A stretch of 64,000 bases of DNA. Source: a virus. Lineage: Duplodnaviria; Heunggongvirae; Uroviricota; Caudoviricetes. The position numbers and the translations under genes were made by a program. Each line of letters begins with the position of its first letter. The first letter of the stretch is position 1. The stretch is from IMG/VR virus record IMGVR_UViG_3300017705_000602. The stretch is one strand, 5' to 3'. The notes beneath the pieces are model-generated. The model did no database searches and was not told the origin of the DNA. It saw only the letters and a program-made list of their open reading frames with translations. Below, one piece after another: positions 56,288 to 64,000 of this stretch.

Positions 56288-57494
56288 TCTGATCCTTGTA
56301 TTTTAACATTGGCTCAAGTTCCGGGAATGCTGACAAAAAGTCTTCTTTGCGTATATCGTCAAGTGCATTGTTGCGTTCAAAGAACTCCGGGATCAAATGT
56401 GTGTCGTCTCTACTGTTCATGTAGTCAACAACACTCATTAATCGATTGCTTTCTCTGTATTCCATTGGAATTTGCTGTAGCATACGTTCGTACTTTTTAG
56501 TTATACGCTCTTTGATTTCGGGAGGTAAAATAGTTAAACTCAAATGAGCAGGATAATGCAATATGTTGATATTAATTGCTTCCCAGTGAATATACCCTTT
56601 GTTTAACCAATCTAAGTAAAAGTCAGGTAGATGCCAGCCGTTATAAAGAGATACAGTTGCCGCAACAAAAAAAGAAACGTGCGGACATTTTTCTTGTAGT
56701 TGTCTTCGGTTTTCTTCTATCTTGGCCCAGTTGGTTCCGTGTCGCATATATTCAGCACGAGGGCCAGAATCATCTAAACTTGCACCTACATTTACATCTG
56801 GAAACTTTGACCAGAGATCAAATACATCGCGGCCTTTGAAACGCATTTTACTAAAGTTAGTGTTGTACACCAAGCGTACATCTGTTTTACCTTTAGCAAT
56901 TAAGTATTCGAGTATTTCGTAATGTTCAACCGCAACTAAGGGCTCGCCGCCCGCAAAGTATATTTCTTCCACATGCGGCAGTATCTTGTCTAGGTTGGCC
57001 CACAGTTCTTGTTCTGTTTCGAAAGGCTTTTGTATTCTTTCGCCATCTGCTGAACCGTATAAAATAACTTGATCATCGTACCAAAGTGAACTCAACGACG
57101 GCCCACAACTGCGACATTTGAAGTTACAAATATTACTGAATCGAATATCCATGTAACGTATCTTCATTTCAGGATGATGCCCATCTTCCGCTGTTTTGCG
57201 TGTCGACGTCATGCGATGCCCGAACTTTTGATTCATGTCTTGTCGCATACTAAATGAGCCATGCTCTTCTAGTTTGTAACAGCGTTCGCATGTTTTACTT
57301 GGCTGTCCTTTTAGCATGTTTTTTCGTAGCTTGCGCATGCGCTCACCGTTCCATACATCTTCCATTGACTCAGTTTTTACGTTGCCAAATGGATCTTCGG
57401 ATGGTGAAGTACAGCAAGGGTATATGTTACCATTTGGCCACATGTGCATGTGAATCCACGGCGCCATACAAAAATGCTTGTTTGGTTCTTCCAT
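56280..57494 (-). CDS. twitch/SPASM-domain radical SAM protein
   Basis: CMAPWIH...PCC...CERC; CNFKCRSC; GGEP. Confidence 0.9.
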   Translation of the reverse strand: MEEPNKHFCMAPWIHMHMWPNGNIYPCCTSPSEDPFGNVKTESMEDVWNGERMRKLRKNMLKGQPSKTCERCYKLEEHGSFSMRQDMNQKFGHRMTSTRKTAEDGHHPEMKIRYMDIRFSNICNFKCRSCGPSLSSLWYDDQVILYGSADGERIQKPFETEQELWANLDKILPHVEEIYFAGGEPLVAVEHYEILEYLIAKGKTDVRLVYNTNFSKMRFKGRDVFDLWSKFPDVNVGASLDDSGPRAEYMRHGTNWAKIEENRRQLQEKCPHVSFFVAATVSLYNGWHLPDFYLDWLNKGYIHWEAININILHYPAHLSLTILPPEIKERITKKYERMLQQIPMEYRESNRLMSVVDYMNSRDDTHLIPEFFERNNALDDIRKEDFLSAFPELEPMLKYKDQNV

Positions 57495-58258
57495 TATAAT
57501 CCTTTTAAGAATGCTGTAACAGCTTGTTCAGCAAACATACGTTGATATTTGTTATGCGGATGCATGCCTTCAGGAATGTCATCGCCGAGGTCTCTACAAA
57601 ACTCTCGCAAGCCCTGTATGATATTTTCATCGTTAATATCGGCACCATTGTATTCCCACCAAGTGCCCCGGTCTACTAAATCGTGCAAGTATTCAGTCTC
57701 TGGGTAAGTTGCAGTTAACAGCTCGTGGTCCCATGCTTTAAAGTTCATGAGCGGAATACTGTTTGCTTTACAAAAGTTTTGCAGTAACAACACCGAATGC
57801 ATCGAATCAATGTACTGATTAACATTGCTGTGACAATGCCCGAAATACATTTCCATTAACTGATCAATGTGCTTGTTTTCAAACGTCCAATGTCCGTAGC
57901 CCCCGGTGCTTTTTAACCAAGCAGAGTATTTAGTATCTCCATCGCATAAAAAATTAGTTACTTTATGGTCGTGTGTCTTCTCAACTTTCTTTACTTCGGA
58001 AAACATCGGATGAGTCTGATCAAAGTGAAATTCAAATCGTGTAGGTTCGCTCCATCCGACCACAAGCACTGTATCTTCGAAACTAGTTTGTTTGCTCAGT
58101 TGATACAGTGCATTTCTAGCTATCATAGTGTTACTTGAACCCATTTCTGCGCAAACAGTAACGTTATACGCAGATTTGTCTAAATGGTATGGCCAAGCAA
58201 GATATTCATCGATGCAATGAAACGTATATGAGTCTCCTGCACAAATTACATTTTTCAC
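57494..58258 (-). CDS. SGNH/GDSL-like hydrolase or acyltransferase
   Basis: GDSYT, GSSN, GWS..R.E, C-terminal HP. Confidence 0.7.
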   Translation of the reverse strand: MKNVICAGDSYTFHCIDEYLAWPYHLDKSAYNVTVCAEMGSSNTMIARNALYQLSKQTSFEDTVLVVGWSEPTRFEFHFDQTHPMFSEVKKVEKTHDHKVTNFLCDGDTKYSAWLKSTGGYGHWTFENKHIDQLMEMYFGHCHSNVNQYIDSMHSVLLLQNFCKANSIPLMNFKAWDHELLTATYPETEYLHDLVDRGTWWEYNGADINDENIIQGLREFCRDLGDDIPEGMHPHNKYQRMFAEQAVTAFLKGL

Positions 58259-59919
58259 TTTTCTTGTTCTCTTAAAATCTCTTCGATTAGCTCGGCACGT
58301 TCCCAGTCGGTATTCATTTGCTCAACTGAAACATGCTTGTATGCTTTCATGAGATCCTCGTCGGTCATTGTGGATAACTCTACGATAGTATATTTCTTTT
58401 CTTTATACTCTCTTGCACCAGGATTGGTGTTTTGGTTTTTCCACTCGTCAGTCTTTGCACGCTTTTCGAGCTCTCTGCGTTCTAGTGTTTGCTTGCTTGA
58501 ATCACCATCGTACAATTGCACCACTGGTATTGATTCTTCGTAAGGCAAACTGTCAAACCATTCGGCAAGCTCAGGAAATGCATAATTGAAGTCTTTCTCT
58601 CTGCGTTCGTCGTACTGCATGTAAAACGACTTGAAGTCTTTATGACGAGATTCAATTGAACTTGTGTATCTGTGCGGTTCGTCAACAGAACGTAAATAGT
58701 CAATCAGTCGATCGACTCCGTCAATTTCCATGTCGTGCATGATACCAGAGTCACGATTTGCAATAAGCCATTTCTCGATGTGATCTGCACGTTCATGACG
58801 CAGTTCTTCAGGTAATGTACCAGGCGATTGGAAACTTGGAAAACGTAAAATGTTAACTGAGTACACGCCAAACATGTGACCGTATTTGCGCTTGAGTAAA
58901 TTACAGTAGTCCATAAAATCAGTAATTGAGTACAGACACAAGCTGTTTATAGTCATCATAACATGAAACTCTTTTACGTTACCTTCTTGTAACAATCGAT
59001 CTGTTGCATGCTTCCAGTAATCCCATTCAAGCCCATCACGAATGTACTCTGCTTGTTTGCCTGTTGCTTCACACGAAGAATAAACAATAAAGTCCTTAAA
59101 GTAATGCGAAGTTTCAATAAACTTCTCCATTGTTTTACCTTTATGACCCATGTTGCTGTTTACAGCAAACTTCATGTCTAAGTCTTGTCCGTTTTCTTTC
59201 CACCAGTCGCACAGTTTCCAGTACTCTGGACTCATGGCAGCTTCGCCACCGGTGATACGCAATTGCTGTAACGATTGACTTAACTGTGGCCACCAGTCCC
59301 AGAAAGCATCAGTATACGGATTCGATTCGTTCTTTCTGAACTGTTTAGTCCAGCCGCCGTCTTGCTGAAATGCGCGTGCGCCATCGCTGTGCAAGTTTTG
59401 ATATGCACCGTTCTGACGTATATCTTTTTGCCACGTAGTCGAAAAGCTTGCATTACAGTACGAGCATGCAAAGTTACAGTTGGCATCAAACGCAATTTCA
59501 AGTGTTTTAAGGTCGACGTCTTCTGTTTCAGCATAAACATCACGGCATTCTTCGAGTTCTTCGTCAGTGTATATAACACTTTTAAAAACGCGATCAGAAA
59601 CTTTCTCTGGACCAAGGTCTTCAATTTTCCAGCAATACTCACATTCTTTTGGCCGTTCACCGATTAACATCTGCTTACGTACCATTTTCTTGTATGTAGT
59701 ATTGTGAAGCATAGACGGATTCTTTTTCAAGTCGTCAAATGTTTCGCCACTGTCAACATCAACAATTTTGTGAGCAGGTGGATGGTGACAGCTGGCAGTT
59801 GTTCCATTGTTTAGCCATACAGTGGCATTGTACCACTTGGCACCACAGAACGATGACGATATAGGGTCAATTGCTCTGTCTCGGTATTCTCTGTAAGATT
59901 CGTCTTGGCGTTTTGACAT
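58255..59919 (-). CDS. radical SAM protein, CxAKW...CHHP subtype
   Basis: CGAKW...SCHHP...CEYC; CNFACSYC; TGGE. Confidence 0.9.
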   Translation of the reverse strand: MSKRQDESYREYRDRAIDPISSSFCGAKWYNATVWLNNGTTASCHHPPAHKIVDVDSGETFDDLKKNPSMLHNTTYKKMVRKQMLIGERPKECEYCWKIEDLGPEKVSDRVFKSVIYTDEELEECRDVYAETEDVDLKTLEIAFDANCNFACSYCNASFSTTWQKDIRQNGAYQNLHSDGARAFQQDGGWTKQFRKNESNPYTDAFWDWWPQLSQSLQQLRITGGEAAMSPEYWKLCDWWKENGQDLDMKFAVNSNMGHKGKTMEKFIETSHYFKDFIVYSSCEATGKQAEYIRDGLEWDYWKHATDRLLQEGNVKEFHVMMTINSLCLYSITDFMDYCNLLKRKYGHMFGVYSVNILRFPSFQSPGTLPEELRHERADHIEKWLIANRDSGIMHDMEIDGVDRLIDYLRSVDEPHRYTSSIESRHKDFKSFYMQYDERREKDFNYAFPELAEWFDSLPYEESIPVVQLYDGDSSKQTLERRELEKRAKTDEWKNQNTNPGAREYKEKKYTIVELSTMTDEDLMKAYKHVSVEQMNTDWERAELIEEILREQEK

Positions 59920-59920
59920 A

Positions 59921-60970
59921 TTATAACCTAAACAGTCCCTTTTGTTGAATTTTCAGTTGATTGTGATCACGGAACCATTCAAGGTTTTCGCGATTGTGTT
60001 CGATGTCAGGCAACATTTCGTTGTACATTGCGCGTCTTTCTTTTTCCGACATGTCTGCTACTTTTTTAATAGCATCGCATATCACTTGATATCTTTCCAT
60101 GCTGTACGATGGCATCATGTCGTAATCTAAGTCAAAGTACTTATGAAATGTTCTAAACCCACAAGCACGCAAGTGATTAACAATACCAGTGTCGCCTAAT
60201 ACAATAAACGGACGCATACCTATCATGGGCTTAAATATCTTCTCAGACATAAACATATTAGACTCTACTGTGGTTTCGGTAACTACAACAAGAAAGGTGT
60301 TGTTCCAGATATCCATATTGCCTAGTGAGTATATGTCATGCGGTATCGGTGATTCATTAAGTGCTTCTTGTTCGCCTTGTTCTACGTACTGATCGGAAAC
60401 TTCTGGCACAGTCATTGGTGCTGCCTCAAATGCCAACGGGTACTTTACGTGCGGATTGTGAGTGTAAAACTGATCACCTAATGTTACTATTCCCTGCTTT
60501 TCAAGGCCGTTATGTAGTATTTGGTTGACAAGTTTAAGGCGGTGTTCGTGTGGATTTCGGTTGTAAGATAAGAAAGCGTGCTTAAACGAGTCAGGTCGTA
60601 CTTCGTCGACGGTGTACGGTTTGTGATTTTTGGTTGCATAACCCCAGAAGCTAAAATATCCGCGACCTGTTGTATTGCCGAGGTAATATACGTTTTTAGC
60701 TTTGGCTTCGTAGTCGGCAATACGATTTCCTGGCACAGGTTCGACGGTCGATAAGATGAAGACATTGTCATATTCCTTTTCGTATTTAGGGCTGTTAAGA
60801 TTCTTGTCAGGCGGAATCATCCACTCCCATTGAGTACTTATAAGCAGATTTTTCGCACGAGGAAACCGCGTATTAATCTGCTTGGTAATGTAGTAAATTG
60901 TTTCGTTGTAATCTTTTGCTGTTTGCCAATGCTCGGGTAATCCCCCGTCGACTATATCAATCATTGTCAA
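59921..60970 (-). CDS. GT10-like putative glycosyltransferase
   Basis: FLSYNRNPHEHR...VVVTET...FMSEKIFKP...RPFIVLG...GFRTF. Confidence 0.6.
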   Translation of the reverse strand: MTMIDIVDGGLPEHWQTAKDYNETIYYITKQINTRFPRAKNLLISTQWEWMIPPDKNLNSPKYEKEYDNVFILSTVEPVPGNRIADYEAKAKNVYYLGNTTGRGYFSFWGYATKNHKPYTVDEVRPDSFKHAFLSYNRNPHEHRLKLVNQILHNGLEKQGIVTLGDQFYTHNPHVKYPLAFEAAPMTVPEVSDQYVEQGEQEALNESPIPHDIYSLGNMDIWNNTFLVVVTETTVESNMFMSEKIFKPMIGMRPFIVLGDTGIVNHLRACGFRTFHKYFDLDYDMMPSYSMERYQVICDAIKKVADMSEKERRAMYNEMLPDIEHNRENLEWFRDHNQLKIQQKGLFRL

Positions 60971-62366
60971 GGTCCTTGCACATGTTGTAAAAATCCATTA
61001 GTTCTGGGAATGTCTTTTCGAAATCAGTTTCTCGTCTGCGATCATGCTCGTTAACGAACCGATAAAAGTCTTTTCGTGTTGTTTCAAGATCATAATGTTC
61101 GTCGGCGTGCTTAGGTGCTTTAATAAACTCAACAAATCGTTCAAGCTTTGCGATTTCGAAATCGAAGAACCCTTTGTAATGCGGTATTTTGTTTTCTTCA
61201 TTGCCTTCTTCGTGTGCTCGCATATAATCAAGAGCAGGCTGCATCATGTCGGCATACTCAGGCGGCAATATGTTTGCACGTTGATGTCCTGGCCAACGTA
61301 GTATCGATGTATCAATTGTGATAGCAACCTTACGATACTTGTTAAAATGCTTAACTTTTAGCGTGTAAACATCTTCTAGTAAACGCTTGAAATTGGTTAC
61401 ACTAAAAATGTTTGCTGTACACATTATAGTAAACTTGGTGCGCGGTAACTCGGTCATCATGCGATCGATGTTGTTGTACCACTGGTCGTAATCCAGTCCG
61501 TGTCTTGTGTACTCAGCTGGAGCACCATGAGTGTCAACACTGGTGTATACACGATTCATGCGTATTAGACCTTCAAGTACTTTTGCTTTTTCAATGTACT
61601 TGTTGATCCGTGTGTCTGATACGCCACCGTTAGTGTTTACACTGAATTCTAACGCAGGATTAGGATCCTGTATGATTGCATCCATTACTTTAAAAGTATT
61701 CTTTTCCATTAACGGATCGCCGCCTGTGATTCGGAACACTCTGAGACTTTTACTTAGCTCAGGCCACCATTTCCAAAATGCATCAACGTAAGGATTATAC
61801 TCGTCGTGCGGTATTGGTAACTGTCCGGTTTGTTCGAGCCAGTCGTAGCCATTAAAATGCTGACTAGTCGGATACGGTCCGTGCTTTTTGGATTCTGATA
61901 CCCACTGCGACGAATGCACCGGTGAGCAATACGAGCATTTAAAATTGCAATGATTCGAAAAGCTAACTTCAACATAAGTAGGCAATACATCAGCTTGCCA
62001 ATCACTTTCTGCAACTTCTTGCATTTTGTCATTTGCCCAGGTGATATCACCCGACTTGATATATCGATCAGACAGTTGTTCGCCAGGTAAATCTTCAACA
62101 TTCCAACAGTACTGGCACTCGCTTGGTCGTTCGCCTTCGAGCATTTTCTTTCGTTGTTCTTTCTTGTAGCTAGTGTTGTGCAATGCACTAGGATTATTTT
62201 CGACTTCTGCAAGTGGTATTTTATGTGTCTGAGGGTGGTGACAACTGTGGTTAAAACCATTTTGCAAATGTAGTGTTACTTGTAGCCATTTTGCAGTACA
62301 AAACGAAGGGCTAACCTGGTCGAGTTTGCCCTTGACTGATCGTAGTCTATCGACTTCACCTGTCAT
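60957..62366 (-). CDS. radical SAM protein, CxAKW...CHHP subtype
   Basis: CTAKW...SCHHP...CQYC; CNFKCSYC; TGGDP. Confidence 0.9.
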   Translation of the reverse strand: MTGEVDRLRSVKGKLDQVSPSFCTAKWLQVTLHLQNGFNHSCHHPQTHKIPLAEVENNPSALHNTSYKKEQRKKMLEGERPSECQYCWNVEDLPGEQLSDRYIKSGDITWANDKMQEVAESDWQADVLPTYVEVSFSNHCNFKCSYCSPVHSSQWVSESKKHGPYPTSQHFNGYDWLEQTGQLPIPHDEYNPYVDAFWKWWPELSKSLRVFRITGGDPLMEKNTFKVMDAIIQDPNPALEFSVNTNGGVSDTRINKYIEKAKVLEGLIRMNRVYTSVDTHGAPAEYTRHGLDYDQWYNNIDRMMTELPRTKFTIMCTANIFSVTNFKRLLEDVYTLKVKHFNKYRKVAITIDTSILRWPGHQRANILPPEYADMMQPALDYMRAHEEGNEENKIPHYKGFFDFEIAKLERFVEFIKAPKHADEHYDLETTRKDFYRFVNEHDRRRETDFEKTFPELMDFYNMCKDLDND

Positions 62367-62382
62367 GCGAGTTCCTTGTGTG

Positions 62383-63369
62383 TTACGAGTTTAAATCTCT
62401 CAACTCGTTCATTTCGTCTTCGGTCACATATGACCCTGTGCGTGGCAAATTAATATATGCACTTTTAAAGAATCGACTTTGTGTGTCGTCGAGCTCAGCA
62501 ATTTCCATGCCTGTTTCTTTGCGTATAATTTTGCCTAGGCGTACTATCTCTTCATCGAGTAGTCGCTTGCTCCAATGGTAGTCGGAGTTGATACAATAAA
62601 AGCTGTGCGTTTCTCTACTAGCAAACTTAGGACCTACTTCTTCGGCAAACAGTGTATTAAGATATTCAAAATCTCTTACATTAACAAAGTCCCAGTCTGT
62701 CAAGTTGGTCATGTAAAACCCAAGTCTTGCACCGTATATTGCCCATTCTCCATTGGCAGCATCGGCACCAACAGTTGACCAAATAATCAAGCGATTGTAG
62801 TTACCCCACCAAATGTTATCTTTGATGTTTTTGTAATTAACTTTGTCGCCTTGGTCCAGCGACATTTTTACACCTTCTCTAAAGCCTGCACGAAATGCTT
62901 GGCGTGGAGAACCGTTTGGGTATGTGGTGCAAAAACGATTATTCATCTGAACATACGTATCTTCCCAGCAAAAGTCAACCTGATTTTTTTCATCTTCGGC
63001 AGCTTCGTGCGTTTTCATATTGAGTACGTATTCAACTGGCCAACACTTGAGTCCACCGTTACCGTACTCAAGTCCGTTGACTGCATTCTTGGCAGTCCAA
63101 CTAACAACTTTGTCTTTAAACTTAGGATGCTCAAAGTCAATCTTTTGATCAAAGAATTCTAAATCGACAATGTTATCTGCGTCGACACTGATAAAGCGTT
63201 CTGTTTCGCTTTCGCGTGCTGCCGCTTTGTGTGCCGCATCAGAGCCTTCAACACCGTGTACACGTTTTGCCCATGGTACTTTTGTTAATAAGTCAGCCCA
63301 GTTTTGTTCGCAGTTGTCTTCGTCGTAGCTGATAAACACTACATCTAATTCGTTAAGTTCTGTTGTCAT
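62383..63369 (-). CDS. GT-A-fold glycosyltransferase-like phage protein
   Basis: DVVFISYDE...GV.G..AAH.AAA...FISVDAD (DxD)...NGLEYGNGG...AFRAGFREGVK. Confidence 0.7.
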   Translation of the reverse strand: MTTELNELDVVFISYDEDNCEQNWADLLTKVPWAKRVHGVEGSDAAHKAAARESETERFISVDADNIVDLEFFDQKIDFEHPKFKDKVVSWTAKNAVNGLEYGNGGLKCWPVEYVLNMKTHEAAEDEKNQVDFCWEDTYVQMNNRFCTTYPNGSPRQAFRAGFREGVKMSLDQGDKVNYKNIKDNIWWGNYNRLIIWSTVGADAANGEWAIYGARLGFYMTNLTDWDFVNVRDFEYLNTLFAEEVGPKFASRETHSFYCINSDYHWSKRLLDEEIVRLGKIIRKETGMEIAELDDTQSRFFKSAYINLPRTGSYVTEDEMNELRDLNS

Positions 63370-63950
63370 GTGTACATTAGTTTCCTATAGTGATATTTGC
63401 CTAACACTTTCTTTGTGAATAAAGTTGCATTATTTAGCTCGTCGCCATGGTGTTCTAAATTAACAAACACTTGCCCGTCTTTTAACTCAGCAACAGGAAC
63501 GTCAAACTTGCATATTAGTAAGTTAGGATCACCAAACATAGTAAAGTAAAATGTCAGTTCTCTAAAATTAGCAACCAACGTTTTCTTCATTCTGGTGTCA
63601 GCTGAATTGCCTGTTCCTGACATTGTAACACGTAAATGCTTTCTTCGCACGTCATGCTCAATCATTATATCGTGATCGTTATGGTGCTCGTTTGTAACTT
63701 CAGTTAAAAAACGATTAATTGTGCTAATTTCGTCTTTTTCAGCTTCCTTAGACACAAACTTAAAGTTGTTTGTTTCTTTGTCTTGCACTACTGCATATCG
63801 ATGTATGTTCTTTTCGCCTATCAAGAAAGGCCGAACTTCATCAACTGCGAACTCTGCAGACCGTAAGTCTTCAAGTTTTGAGTTTGCAACTGGTGTAATA
63901 GACATGATGTTACCATCTTCGTCGAAGTATACAAACATGTTATTTTTCAT
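63366..63950 (-). CDS. hypothetical protein
   Basis: Coupled ORF in the minus-strand operon. Confidence 0.7.
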   Translation of the reverse strand: MKNNMFVYFDEDGNIMSITPVANSKLEDLRSAEFAVDEVRPFLIGEKNIHRYAVVQDKETNNFKFVSKEAEKDEISTINRFLTEVTNEHHNDHDIMIEHDVRRKHLRVTMSGTGNSADTRMKKTLVANFRELTFYFTMFGDPNLLICKFDVPVAELKDGQVFVNLEHHGDELNNATLFTKKVLGKYHYRKLMYT

Positions 63951-64000
63951 AATAGATATCCTCGAGACGTTCGATAATCACATCGTTTAACCAAGACTTG

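Noticed and set aside
44604-63950. Host LPS/capsule locus or RiPP cluster
   Set aside because: No wzx/wzy/ABC exporter, precursor peptide or RRE/PqqD domain seen; a phage late-promoter motif is present.

Overview
This window looks like part of a large (jumbo-type) lytic dsDNA phage genome, probably infecting a gammaproteobacterium. That is an inference from dense short ORFs, sigma70 early promoters, TAAATA-type late promoters, a solitary groES, an fpr auxiliary gene and the absence of host housekeeping operons. Layout: (1) 0.2-7 kb: WYL-like protein, a 597-aa helical+TerD-like protein followed by structured non-coding RNAs, GroES and two lipoproteins. (2) 7-17.4 kb: about 26 paralogous ~100-aa proteins with an N-terminal LPxTxEEFxxWxL motif, interrupted by fpr. 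(3) 18.96-19.2 kb: three 21-bp repeats plus 13 DnaA boxes (oriC-like). (4) 19.4-40.2 kb: an early/host-takeover region of single-gene cassettes; 36 promoter copies share the leader ACAGTTAGGAAATAGGAG, and several small RNAs lie among them. (5) 40.7-44.6 kb: a second small-protein family. (6) 44.6-64 kb, minus strand: six twitch/radical-SAM enzymes, five GT10-like proteins, Ugd, an epimerase, a 2OG-Fe oxygenase, an SGNH-like protein and a GT-A-like protein. Best candidates for new biology: (a) an array of four covarying RNA hairpins (4213-4464), plus an upstream element, each displaying a tRNA anticodon-type loop (YU-NNN-AA) next to the TerD/Ro-like protein; (b) two RNA elements (23330-23347 and 34930-35136) antisense to the leader shared by the early genes; (c) a DnaA-box array; (d) a 237-nt pseudoknotted ncRNA. 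All calls were made by eye, with no database searches.
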